A stretch of 64,000 nucleotides of DNA from positions 124,001-188,000 of IMG/VR virus record IMGVR_UViG_3300024239_000014, one strand, 5' to 3'. Position 1 is the first letter of the stretch; every line of letters begins with the position of its first letter. The position numbers were made by a program, and so were the translations under genes. Under the pieces are notes generated by a model. The model did not search any database, had not been told where the DNA came from, and was given only the letters and a program-made list of their open reading frames with translations. Positions 26,642 to 35,475 of the stretch are shown in pieces.

Positions 26642-27097
26642 TTAATTACGAAGCCGGTCTTTGATCAGTTGCAGTGCTTCTTCGAGAGTGACGGCGCGCC
26701 CAGGCTGGTTGACTTTGTCCAACTCGACTTTGAATACAGCGACGTTAGCGCCTGGTGACGATTTGTAATCGCGGGTAAACGCCAGGTCTGTACGGAACCG
26801 CCATGGTAGCGTTTCCTGCGCCCAGCCGAACACCAGCGCAGGTTGTTTCATTTCAGTATAAACTTTGATGTCACTGACTTTATAAACCGCCAGTTCCGGA
26901 ACTTCATTCTCGCAAAATTCCTTCACTTGTCGCTCTATGTCGCCGCGTTCATCTGCGGCAATGTGAAAGAGCTTAATATCACCCTCCATCGCCGATACAA
27001 GACGATTAAGGTACCGGAGACGTTCGTTATGTTCGACCACCATCTTGTTGTGGGCGATGATCGACTCGCGAGAATCATTGAGATACGGAAAAGACAT
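26642..27097 (-). CDS. Hypothetical protein (151 aa)
   Basis: RBS GAGGT. Confidence 0.7.
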   Translation of the reverse strand: MSFPYLNDSRESIIAHNKMVVEHNERLRYLNRLVSAMEGDIKLFHIAADERGDIERQVKEFCENEVPELAVYKVSDIKVYTEMKQPALVFGWAQETLPWRFRTDLAFTRDYKSSPGANVAVFKVELDKVNQPGRAVTLEEALQLIKDRLRN

Positions 27098-27103
27098 AAG
27101 GAC

Positions 27104-27850
27104 TTACCTCGTTTTACGTAGATCTGGCGAATGAATGACATTAAGACCCAATTCTTTTGCACGGGACTGTAACGTCAATACGTGTTTGTCGCACAACGCG
27201 TTTACCGCGTGTGCGTCAGAATTGATGATCACCTTAGCACCGGCTTTAGCAACCATTTCCCAAAAGAAGGGTCTGGGGTAATTAACCCCTTTGCGTAAAC
27301 CGTGTGCGTTGAGCTCAAGCGGTAGGTCTAACGCTATTGCTTCGTTGATGATTCGCTCTGACAGCAAAATGGCTTGCGCTGTCTTTTCCTTGATCCACAG
27401 ATCGGGGTGGGCCAAGAAGTCAAAGTAACCAGTACGCATGGCCACGAGCAAGTCGTCTACGTACTGAACGTGGTGCTCTTCTTTAGCATTCGGAACGTAC
27501 AATTGCCGCCCGTTCACTTTCGCACAATGCTGACCGAGTACCAGGTAATCAATCCGCGTATCATTGCTGAGCAGATCGTAGTACCAGTCATGCTCTGGGA
27601 CGTACTCAAGTTCAAGACCTGCGTACAGACTGATTCGATCTTGGTACTTTTCTTTGGCTTGATAAAATGATTCCAGGTATTCACGCAACTGATTGCGTTT
27701 CAACCGATGGTATTCGTTGTCAATCAAAGGACCGTGCTCAGAAAACCCAAGTGCCGTATAGCCGTGCTTAATGGCTTCCTCGATGTAATCCTCGAAGTCA
27801 CCGGTTGCATGGCTGCAACGATACGTGTGGGTGTGCCAATTGGTTTTCAC
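27104..27850 (-). CDS. PHP-family phosphoesterase (histidinol-phosphatase HisJ-like, 248 aa)
   Basis: NWHTHT..C.HA, GFSEHGP, GLELEY, GQH, LAHPD, LELNA, INSDAH. Start reassigned to the GTG at 27850 (RBS AAGGA). Confidence 0.85.
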   Translation of the reverse strand: MKTNWHTHTYRCSHATGDFEDYIEEAIKHGYTALGFSEHGPLIDNEYHRLKRNQLREYLESFYQAKEKYQDRISLYAGLELEYVPEHDWYYDLLSNDTRIDYLVLGQHCAKVNGRQLYVPNAKEEHHVQYVDDLLVAMRTGYFDFLAHPDLWIKEKTAQAILLSERIINEAIALDLPLELNAHGLRKGVNYPRPFFWEMVAKAGAKVIINSDAHAVNALCDKHVLTLQSRAKELGLNVIHSPDLRKTR

Positions 27851-27875
27851 AAACAAGGTCCTTAAGTGAAATAGA

Positions 27876-27912
27876 ACGGGTGGGAGGAATCCTCCCACCC
27901 CGTATGCCGTTA
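27876..27912 (-). terminator. Motif-led hairpin after thyA
   Basis: TAACGGCATAC then a GGGTGGGAGG/CCTCCCACCC stem. Confidence 0.7.
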
Positions 27913-28209
27913 CACGCTGATCGGAAACTCGATCTTGCCTTGGTGGTTGTAATCGATCAACTCGATGTCCTCCCACTTGATGTCAAAGATCGACGTACCG
28001 ACCGGCACCTTGAGTCTCAAGCGCGGTCCTTCGGTCGGAGTGCGTGACAGCTGTTCTTCCACACCAGCAAACTGGTTGCTGTAGATGTGGACATCGCCGC
28101 CCGTCCAGATAAACTCACCAGGCGCATAACCGAGCTGGTTAGCGATCATGATGGTCAAAAGAGCATAGCTGGCGATGTTGAACGGCACACCGATTGGAAA
28201 ATCTGCACT
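27910..28209 (-). CDS. thyA: Thymidylate synthase exon 2
   Basis: SADFPIGVPFNIASY...GDVHIY; joins exon 1 in frame to give LYQR^SAD (spliced product 306 aa). Confidence 0.92.
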   Translation of the reverse strand, partial: SADFPIGVPFNIASYALLTIMIANQLGYAPGEFIWTGGDVHIYSNQFAGVEEQLSRTPTEGPRLRLKVPVGTSIFDIKWEDIELIDYNHQGKIEFPISV

Positions 28210-29310
28210 CAGATCTGTTCCTACGACTCGTGACGTCGCAGCGCACCATTACGTGCTGCCGGTATCACTACCGGTGTCGGTATACATCACAGTCTCCGTC
28301 CTTAGAGACTCTCTCCTGTTTCGGTTCCACTTAGAACCTACTCTACTCGCTTCTCGCTGTTAGTCCTGCGAGGCTTTCGATATACTCTGGGCATTAAGCG
28401 TAAGTCCAGTCTTTAAACCTTTCGCTTTTAGAAGCAATTCTGAAGACCACAGTTGCCGGACAAACGTCAAACTGCCGTGCTGCTTCAGTTACAGAATCGT
28501 AAACACATCCGTCGATTACGACTTTGCGTAGGTTAGTGGGCAAGATGCCTAATCTCTTCTCAGAAAGACGCTCTTTGGTTTCCTGACTGTGTTTTTTACC
28601 GAAGAAAGGATTTTTATCTCCTATCCGTAAAATACCCTTACGGCGGAGTTTTTCCTTCGTTTCTTCAGATAGTGATCTACCCTTACTCCAGGGTGTTCTA
28701 CCTATCCCGGCTAGTCTTAAAGCCTCGATAACGTGCTGAGGTCTTTTCTTACCGTAGTTATGGTTTAATGGACCACTCCTACCGTAGACTTTTCGCCGTT
28801 CTTCTTCGGTTAATGTTTTTGCGAAATCAAGTAGCCTATTTTTAGCTAATTCCTTGATCTCAGCACAGTCGGGATGGTTTGAGTAGGTATCGCCACCACT
28901 CGCACCATCTAGGATGTTGTACACGCTTTTGTTAGCTAGGCCTTCTTTAATGAGTTCTAGCTCGCGTGCTCTAGCATCCTCTTCGGTGGAAAATTGTGCT
29001 ACTTGGAGGATGTTCCAATCCGCCATGTTGCCAGTCCAATCATCCAGCATCTTTCTATTGTGGTGGGTTCCGTTAGCCAATTCCCTAAAATGTCTTTTTA
29101 TCCTTAGGGAAAAGTTTCCAGTACTACCGTAATAGGCTTTCTTCGTCCGCACGTTGTAAAGACAGTATACTTTATATTGCATGTAAACCTCTATTAAAAG
29201 GTAGTCCATACAATAAGTCGCTCTTAGCAACGGATAGCGTCTTTTCGACATTTCCCGTTTTAAGGAGAGTTATTCGACTAGGGTCACCCCTAGAAGGCGC
29301 AGTGTGGTTT
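28210..29310 (-). mobile_element. Group I intron (IA2-like), 1101 nt, in thyA
   Basis: U before the 5' splice site and terminal G. IGS CACUGCGC (29297-29304) pairs with junction GCGU|AGUG. P2 CUAGGG-GUGA-CCCUAG, P3 CUCUCCU/AGGAGAG, P4 AACGGG/UCCGUU, P7 GAGUAUA/UAUACC with bulged A, P7.2 GGUUC/GAACC, P8 AGUCUC/GAGACU, P9 hairpins. Confidence 0.92.
28394..29182 (-). CDS. Intron-encoded GIY-YIG homing endonuclease (262 aa)
   Basis: KVY..YYGST..F..R...H...L, E..LI, YNI; NUMOD3-type HNYGKK, FFGKKHSQETKERLS repeats; C-terminal HTH IDGCVYDSVTEAARQF; RBS GAGG; located in the P6 loop. Confidence 0.9.
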   Translation of the reverse strand: MQYKVYCLYNVRTKKAYYGSTGNFSLRIKRHFRELANGTHHNRKMLDDWTGNMADWNILQVAQFSTEEDARARELELIKEGLANKSVYNILDGASGGDTYSNHPDCAEIKELAKNRLLDFAKTLTEEERRKVYGRSGPLNHNYGKKRPQHVIEALRLAGIGRTPWSKGRSLSEETKEKLRRKGILRIGDKNPFFGKKHSQETKERLSEKRLGILPTNLRKVVIDGCVYDSVTEAARQFDVCPATVVFRIASKSERFKDWTYA

Positions 29311-29931
29311 ACGCTGATACAATTGGCAACTCAATCTCAGCGTCGGAATACCAGCCTCGTCCAACTCCTGCACGGTCGGCATGAAGTCTTCGTCTTTGTA
29401 CAGACGCCACTCCACCACCCGCTCTTCGTGGGTCATTTCTTCCACGATGAACTGGAACAGACAGTGGCACGGAGCCAGTGCCATATTGCCGTTGGCGACG
29501 TTCAGATGGGGAAGAATTGATTCGTCCGGCAGTTCAGCTGGATTCCAGGCAGTTACAACGTGCCGCCGCGAAAATGGTTTTTGATTCAGCTGGGTCAGCA
29601 GTTCCGTAATCTGGTCTACCCCGTTGAAATCGCGCCACTGGGCGCCGTAGATAGGACCAAGACGCCCTTCGGCATCTGCCCAGTCGTCCCAGATGTGGAC
29701 ACCCTTGGCGACTAATTCGTTGTTGTTAGTGCTACCGCGGAGGAACCAAAACAGTTCTTCTGCCAGGCCGCGGAGGAAAACCAGCTTCGTGGTCAGGAGC
29801 GGGAACCGTTGAGCAGACAGGTCAAAGCGCATCTGAGCACCGAAGACTGAACGAGTGCCGGTACCAGTACGGTCTTTCTTGTCGCGACCGGCGGTGTAGA
29901 TGTGGCGCATGAGTTCGAGGTATTGTTTCAT
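29311..29931 (-). CDS. thyA: Thymidylate synthase exon 1
   Basis: [40 protein letters not shown] (catalytic Cys), LYQR. Confidence 0.95.
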
Positions 29932-29994
29932 GGGTTACCTTGTGGTTGTGTGGATCAAAGATGTGACAGTACCGTATTAGTTAACGGCGGTTGG

Positions 29995-30351
29995 CTACTT
30001 AGCCCAACGGAGCGTAAAGGAATGCCCTTTCTTACAAGGACAACCTTTGAGGTGACGAATCGGTTTGACCACGTACTGGTCTTTACTGCTTTCCAGGAAA
30101 TCCGCTAACTGTCGGTTCAGTTCGGTCAAGGAAGCCGCTTTGAGGATCTTCTTGCGCTTGATCGAAGCGTACCATTGGTCATTGGCAAAACCGATGGAGA
30201 GCAGCTGAGTAGCCTGCACGGTAGGTTCGTCTTCATCAGAGGTGACGATTCCTTCGGTGCAGAACATCGTCTGACGGATCAGCAGTTTCCCACTAGCTGC
30301 TACCACACGGACGATGCGGTAGTCAGATGGAGTCGTGAAACGATTGGTCAT
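29995..30351 (-). CDS. Hypothetical protein (118 aa)
   Basis: RBS AAGGA. Confidence 0.65.
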   Translation of the reverse strand: MTNRFTTPSDYRIVRVVAASGKLLIRQTMFCTEGIVTSDEDEPTVQATQLLSIGFANDQWYASIKRKKILKAASLTELNRQLADFLESSKDQYVVKPIRHLKGCPCKKGHSFTLRWAK

Positions 30352-30385
30352 GGGGAATTTCCTTTATGCCGGCGATAGGGTCATA

Positions 30386-30421
30386 GAGCCGTACCGCGCG
30401 GTACGGCTCGTTATGCAGTTA
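30386..30421 (-). terminator. Motif-led hairpin
   Basis: TAACTGCATAAC-GAGCCGTACC-GCGC-GGTACGGCTC. Confidence 0.7.
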
Positions 30422-30423
30422 AC

Positions 30424-30930
30424 TCACGCTTCATCGATCGTGTGGTCCCAGACCAGTTTACACCAGCGTAGGCCGGCTTCTTCTAAGCGACTGGCGAACC
30501 ATTTAGCAATCGCACCAAAGACAATGGCCAAGAGGCCGGCTATGAAGAACATCGCACCCCATTGCGGATGACTATGTCCCAACGGATAGAGCGTAGCAGT
30601 ACCGGAAGAAAACGACAGGATACAGAACACCATGATCATGGTTTTAGGTGTTCTAGTAGACGTATCGTAGATCTCCATGAACTGCTTTGAAAACCCGTGA
30701 CCGAAGTGGGCAATGCGGTTGTAGTGTTTATCCAGATGGACGTGATCAAAGACCAGTAACACCAATGCCGAGTACACCACGAAATAAGCCGCAATGGCCA
30801 CAAAGAGCGCCACCAGGTAAACCAGCGGTGACATCTTCGGAATGAAGTAGCTGTAGGTTAGGCAGGTACCGACATACAGCACAATGCTGTACAACAGTGC
30901 GGCAAGAAACCGCTTATGTCTGGGGTTCAT
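30424..30930 (-). CDS. Four-TM membrane protein (168 aa)
   Basis: Four hydrophobic segments; start inferred at MNPRHK. Confidence 0.7.
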   Translation of the reverse strand: MNPRHKRFLAALLYSIVLYVGTCLTYSYFIPKMSPLVYLVALFVAIAAYFVVYSALVLLVFDHVHLDKHYNRIAHFGHGFSKQFMEIYDTSTRTPKTMIMVFCILSFSSGTATLYPLGHSHPQWGAMFFIAGLLAIVFGAIAKWFASRLEEAGLRWCKLVWDHTIDEA

Positions 30931-31372
30931 GTGCAGGGTCCTCGGTGGTGTGTTCTTGTAAGCACAGCTCACACTGACAACCAGTCAACTTCAATGGCCA
31001 CTTGGGGCCAAAGACGACGTACGGTCGCAGGTGTCTGGAACAGAAAAGTCGTGCAGGTGTCTTGTAGTTCAGCAAGACGAGCTTCAGGCGTTCATAATCA
31101 ACCGTAAAATACCGCGATGTTTCGATATGCGAGACATCGTCGTCTCTTGAACCAACCTTACCACAGATGTCGCAATGATAACTCGGCTTGTGGAACACCT
31201 TCTGCCTAACGTCAACATTGACTTTACCTGTCTCGTTATTCATCGAGTTCCTGTCGACGTCTACAAGTACGGCTTCGTATTTGATCACTTCTTTTTCGCC
31301 AGACCATATACGCATTTGAGAAGGGTGCGAACACTGCAACCGTATCAGCCAATCCTTCAGAAGCTGTAACAT
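30914..31372 (-). CDS. Cys/His-rich, putative Zn-binding protein (152 aa)
   Basis: CSH, CDIC, CSRH, CQC; TGATG overlap with the upstream stop. Confidence 0.65.
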   Translation of the reverse strand: MLQLLKDWLIRLQCSHPSQMRIWSGEKEVIKYEAVLVDVDRNSMNNETGKVNVDVRQKVFHKPSYHCDICGKVGSRDDDVSHIETSRYFTVDYERLKLVLLNYKTPARLFCSRHLRPYVVFGPKWPLKLTGCQCELCLQEHTTEDPAHEPQT

Positions 31373-31950
31373 CACAATCCCTCCAATACTTTTGCCGCAT
31401 CTTGCTGGAGCCAACCGGGAATGACTCCGCTACTGTGGTAGAAGTCCTGCTTCTGACAATCCCGCATCCGGAAGTTACGCGGCCAGTAACCCGTGGTCGT
31501 TAGACCCAAGGCTACACCGGCTACCAGTCCTGCCCAGTCCACACCCGTTTGACCGCCACTGCGGATAGACAGTTCTGGATGGTCAATACGACTCACCAAA
31601 AGACGCAGAGTGCTGAACACAAAGAGGTTAATGCGCTCTTGTGACCATCCATACTTCACCAGGGTGTAAATCCCGTTACCGGCGATATTGATGCACTTGA
31701 CATCGTATTGACCCATGTAGTCCACGATGCGGCGTGCTGCGGTCTCAGGGGTGTCTGAGTGCAGGTTAATCGATACGTACTTCCCGGCAGCAGCTTTGTA
31801 CGTCGTGATTTCACCGGCTGAGGTAAAGTCGACTGCAAAGGCAACCGTCAGGTCGGCGCTCTTGGCATTAACATACGTCCGAGGACCATAGCCTGGGCGC
31901 ATGTCTTCTGCAATGGTCAGCTTATCCAGCGCTATGGTCTTATTGGTCAT
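31372..31950 (-). CDS. SLOG-superfamily protein (cpYpsA/MoCo-carrier-like, permuted motif order)
   Basis: Y.PRT..NAKSADLT, SAGE.TT, INIAGN, then RSGGQTGVD.AGL.AG.ALG...TGYWP. Confidence 0.75.
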   Translation of the reverse strand: MTNKTIALDKLTIAEDMRPGYGPRTYVNAKSADLTVAFAVDFTSAGEITTYKAAAGKYVSINLHSDTPETAARRIVDYMGQYDVKCINIAGNGIYTLVKYGWSQERINLFVFSTLRLLVSRIDHPELSIRSGGQTGVDWAGLVAGVALGLTTTGYWPRNFRMRDCQKQDFYHSSGVIPGWLQQDAAKVLEGL

Positions 31951-32411
31951 GTTCCTTCCTCCAGGATGTAGGTAAAGACAACCCCGTCGCTATTCGCCCA
32001 ACCCTTCTCAAGGCTATTGGGGCGATACGAGTGTGCATACAGCACACCGCGAACGATGTCACCGGCTTTGCATTCTTCAAACGCATCGCCGGCACGATAG
32101 AGTTTGATCCACTCCAGACCTGCTGCCTTAGCCACGTCTTCTTCTGTAGCGTAAGGATTGGTCTCAAGAGCGATCTTCACGAGGTCAGTCTGGTCTCGTG
32201 TATGCGGATGGGTTTGGTAAAAGGCATTACGCCACGGATACCGGCCCTTGTGTCGCCACTGATCGAACACCAGCTGCTTGCACACGGTATTCGGGAGATT
32301 GACGAAGCCAGGGATCTTCCAGACCCGTTTCGCACGACGAATCACAAGGCGGTTATCCATGACCCGGACAAAGTTCACATAAACGACATTGAACTTAGTG
32401 TGCTTGCTCAC
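31947..32411 (-). CDS. Hypothetical protein (154 aa)
   Basis: Overlaps both neighbours. Confidence 0.65.
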   Translation of the reverse strand: MSKHTKFNVVYVNFVRVMDNRLVIRRAKRVWKIPGFVNLPNTVCKQLVFDQWRHKGRYPWRNAFYQTHPHTRDQTDLVKIALETNPYATEEDVAKAAGLEWIKLYRAGDAFEECKAGDIVRGVLYAHSYRPNSLEKGWANSDGVVFTYILEEGT

Positions 32412-32856
32412 GTGCTTTCACCGTCTTCGTTGCTTTCTCAAGAAGGTCATTCAGGTCTTGGTTATTGTGCACCGGGTAGTCGTGTATAGACCACTCGCCC
32501 GTAAGGATCTTGCGTGTAGCGAAGTAAAAGGCAATGGTCGCACCTAATTCCACACACGCAACGTATACGACGATGTCAGAAAGTTCGGACAGTTCGCTGA
32601 AATAAGACGCACCGTAAGTGAACACTGAGAGGCAAGTGAGTCCGGCAATGAGCCCTTCGGCTATACCTGACACCCACCCTCTGGAGTGTGATGAGGGGGG
32701 TAAGAAAAAGAGCACCTGGATGGCCATCAGTACGGTCCATAAAGCACCTAGCACTATGCCGCTGAATTTGTTGTCCGTCAGGTATACCCCGACTGACAAT
32801 ACCGAAGTGATGGCCTGAATCATCAGACAGATAACATACCAAGGTTGAATCTTCAT
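32395..32856 (-). CDS. Four-TM membrane protein
   Basis: Four hydrophobic segments. Confidence 0.7.
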   Translation of the reverse strand: MKIQPWYVICLMIQAITSVLSVGVYLTDNKFSGIVLGALWTVLMAIQVLFFLPPSSHSRGWVSGIAEGLIAGLTCLSVFTYGASYFSELSELSDIVVYVACVELGATIAFYFATRKILTGEWSIHDYPVHNNQDLNDLLEKATKTVKAREQAH

Positions 32857-33290
32857 TTTCCATATCCTCGTTTGCGTGCCAATTTAACGACGTAGCACGC
32901 TACGCCAGTGCAGCATACCTGCCAGATAAATAGCTGGAGCGATATCTCCGTTTCCTTACTTATCGGGTCAGCCGTTTGACCGTAGAATCCCAGTCCTGAC
33001 ATAGCGAGCATGAAGAACGCAAAGTACAGCAGGATGGCAATACGGGTCGCTTCTTCTCGGCGTATACGCGTTTCGGCGTGCCAGAGAAGATCGCAACCGC
33101 TGATAGCAGCTTTGTGAAGAGTGTAGGCATTAAGCCCAAGCAACAACGGTGATGCCACTATTGGCACTGCCTGCCATACACCCGACCCATGAAAGGTCGT
33201 AAAGATCATGGCCAGGAAACCGATCTTTTGGAAGATGACGGAGATTATCATCAACCAGAAAAAGTCTTGCTCGTAAACTGGGTCTTTCAC
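32853..33290 (-). CDS. Four-TM membrane protein
   Basis: Four hydrophobic segments; RBS AAGGAG. Confidence 0.7.
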   Translation of the reverse strand: MKDPVYEQDFFWLMIISVIFQKIGFLAMIFTTFHGSGVWQAVPIVASPLLLGLNAYTLHKAAISGCDLLWHAETRIRREEATRIAILLYFAFFMLAMSGLGFYGQTADPISKETEISLQLFIWQVCCTGVACYVVKLARKRGYGK

Positions 33291-33310
33291 ACGGACTCCT
33301 TAACAAAAGG

Positions 33311-33661
33311 TTAATCGTACTTCGATGGTGACCAAACGCACTCCGGCTCCACAATACAGCGTTTATCCCTACCTGGCCAACGATGGGGTTTATCCTGTCG
33401 TCTAAACATCGATGACATGGACTCCATGGTCACAGTAGGTTTGAATCTCACACCACGAATGTCGTACCAGTATCGACCGATCTTGCTGTAGACATGTCCC
33501 TCGTGATAGTCGTACCAAGCTTCTGCTTCAGGAAACACTGTACGAAGAATCAAGAAGAACTGGTAGCACTGGCCGTTGGTGTAGAGTTCAGTGGTGAGGG
33601 TATTAGGACCCCTCACCGTTGCAATGAACCGCATCACCCGAACATGAAGGGAGTTATTCAT
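33311..33661 (-). CDS. Papain/transglutaminase-like Cys-His-Asp family protein (116 aa)
   Basis: YTNGQCYQF, GHVYSKI, WYDIRG; start reassigned to the ATG at 33661, overlapping the upstream stop. Confidence 0.65.
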   Translation of the reverse strand: MNNSLHVRVMRFIATVRGPNTLTTELYTNGQCYQFFLILRTVFPEAEAWYDYHEGHVYSKIGRYWYDIRGVRFKPTVTMESMSSMFRRQDKPHRWPGRDKRCIVEPECVWSPSKYD

Positions 33662-34037
33662 CGTCCTCGTCTGCCATGTCAAGGGCTTTGAGTCGGTTGG
33701 ATTCTCGCACCCGTCTACGGTGTGCCTTCCCTTCGCGACAATTGGGACATACGGGAATGGGCGGATCTTCTGAGGCGTCACCCCAATAACTGAAGTACAA
33801 CAAATCCTTGACCTTGAATTCACCGTCGCAGTCGTTGCAGTAATCAGTCAGATTTTCAGCTGCCTCCACATTCGATTTATGACAGTCAGCACAACTGGCA
33901 TTGATCTCAATAGTACCGCAGCTATCAGATACGATCGTGATGACTGGTGCAACATCACCCATTTTCAAATGTGGGCAGAGGTCAGCATCTGGAATGTCGA
34001 TGACTTTATTGAAAACGCGTTCGATGCCCATGTGCAA
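33654..34037 (-). CDS. Zn-finger protein (127 aa)
   Basis: CPH, CADC, CNDC, CPNC; first gene after the promoter. Confidence 0.7.
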   Translation of the reverse strand: MHMGIERVFNKVIDIPDADLCPHLKMGDVAPVITIVSDSCGTIEINASCADCHKSNVEAAENLTDYCNDCDGEFKVKDLLYFSYWGDASEDPPIPVCPNCREGKAHRRRVRESNRLKALDMADEDDE

Positions 34038-34058
34038 TTACCTTTGTGAGTACAGGTC

Positions 34059-34074
34059 CACGCTAGTGATATAG
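34059..34074 (-). promoter_or_regulatory. Putative early promoter
   Basis: CTATATCAC-TAGC-GTG with an AT-rich upstream element. Confidence 0.75.
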
Positions 34075-34091
34075 GTGTTTAAAATTTTAGC

Positions 34092-34132
34092 AAAAAAAAA
34101 AGAGGAAGGGTCTCCTTCCTCTTTTATGTCGT
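34092..34132 (-). terminator. Motif-led hairpin with U-tract
   Basis: AACGACATAA then an AGAGGAAGG/CCTTCCTCT stem and a long T-tract. Confidence 0.8.
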
Positions 34133-34139
34133 TTTCAGG

Positions 34140-35078
34140 TTAGTCTTGCTGGTTCGGTTCACCGGCTTCATCGACAGGTTTTGTCGACTCGAGATGACTG
34201 AGCAATTTATCGACAATGCGCGGGAGCTTGCCTTCTGGCTGATGCGGTATTGCGATACAGCGCTTGCTGTACTCTGAGTCAACCAGATCTGAGCCAAGGA
34301 AGAATTCCCAGCGCGGAATCACATCACCGAAGTGGGTACTGAGCACATTAGTCATCGACTTCGCGACAACGTCCGCATCGACGTACTCTTCAACGTCAAT
34401 AGTGCGCACCATTCTCCAACGATCGTCTTCGATGGTTTGCGCTACCCAGTATTCCTTGACTGCAAACGGGTACAGGTTGCCGGGTTCTGACTTGTCCCAA
34501 ATTACGCGAACATGAACCTGGATGCCAGGTGAAACCGAGCCGCGTAATACGATAACATGACACGGTTTCGGATAACTGTTGTCCAGATAGATTCCGGGTT
34601 GCACGTAATCGCCGCGACCGCGCGGTTGTACATATTCCTCAGTCGGCATAGAACCAACAAAGCGTTCGCCGTATTCGTTGTAGAAGACGAGTTCACGTTC
34701 TTCGCCGTTCACCTCGATCAACAACCCAAGGTGACCGATCAGTTCTCCTACCGGGTCGGTGCCACTGATTTCATACACAGCGCCAGCAAGGTAAGAGATG
34801 CGTTCACCTGCTGCCAGCAACCCAGTGGTTTCATTCTTCACGAGGAGTCGTCGGTTAGCCGGCGCGCGCATCTGCGGACGATAGCGACCTTCAATGATAC
34901 CACGGACCGCTTCGTAGAACTCGAGGTCGCCGCCGTACTTAACCACCTGTTGGATAAACTGGTAGTTGGCTTTGTCGGTCTCATGAATGATGGCCGCCTG
35001 CTTATCTTCAGGACGCACCGCGTTGTTCACAGCTTCGCTGAAGTTCTTTACGTAGTTAACGAGACGTTGAAACAGCAT
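34140..35078 (-). CDS. Hypothetical protein (312 aa)
   Basis: Start reassigned to the ATG at 35078 (RBS AAGGA). Confidence 0.75.
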   Translation of the reverse strand: MLFQRLVNYVKNFSEAVNNAVRPEDKQAAIIHETDKANYQFIQQVVKYGGDLEFYEAVRGIIEGRYRPQMRAPANRRLLVKNETTGLLAAGERISYLAGAVYEISGTDPVGELIGHLGLLIEVNGEERELVFYNEYGERFVGSMPTEEYVQPRGRGDYVQPGIYLDNSYPKPCHVIVLRGSVSPGIQVHVRVIWDKSEPGNLYPFAVKEYWVAQTIEDDRWRMVRTIDVEEYVDADVVAKSMTNVLSTHFGDVIPRWEFFLGSDLVDSEYSKRCIAIPHQPEGKLPRIVDKLLSHLESTKPVDEAGEPNQQD

Positions 35079-35079
35079 G

Positions 35080-35475
35080 TCAGTTTCCTTTGAATTTGAG
35101 GTGGTCTTTGTAGCTTTCAGGGGAGAGGGACGGAGAAACAACGATCGCTACAGCAACATCAGCGCTATAACGAAGGACCTTGCGGTAATCGTCTTCTGTC
35201 TCAATCCAGAGCAGTTTGCTACCTGAAAACACGGTCTTGGGTTTGTCTTTGAGAAGCTGTTGCGCCGCTGGGGTTAAGTGAGCAGGCATCGTCACTGCAA
35301 TGCGGCAAACATCGCGTTTACAGACGACGGGATACTTAGGCCACCCCAGTAGCTGTTTGGCGCCAGCAAGCGCTTCCTCGCGCTTTTTGAGGGCTTTGGT
35401 GTTAGTCATCGCCATGGCCGCAAGATGGTGACACTGTCTACGAACTGCGGATTTAGCAGGTTCTTTTTTTGTCAA
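35080..35475 (-). CDS. Basic hypothetical protein (131 aa)
   Basis: Operon packing. Confidence 0.6.
   Translation of the reverse strand: MTKKEPAKSAVRRQCHHLAAMAMTNTKALKKREEALAGAKQLLGWPKYPVVCKRDVCRIAVTMPAHLTPAAQQLLKDKPKTVFSGSKLLWIETEDDYRKVLRYSADVAVAIVVSPSLSPESYKDHLKFKGN

Noticed and set aside
27851-27976. N-terminal extension of the PHP ORF in the track
   Set aside because: Runs through the thyA 3' end and terminator; the GTG at 27850 has an RBS
27910-28188. 92 aa stand-alone ORF MPFNIASY
   Set aside because: It is thyA exon 2, not an independent gene
29183-29310. ThyA tail KPHCAF and the 23 aa extension of the endonuclease ORF
   Set aside because: Both read through intron ribozyme sequence (P1-P6)
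27910-29931. thyA as a frameshifted pseudogene
   Set aside because: Splice signals and the core helices are intact, and the exons join in frame
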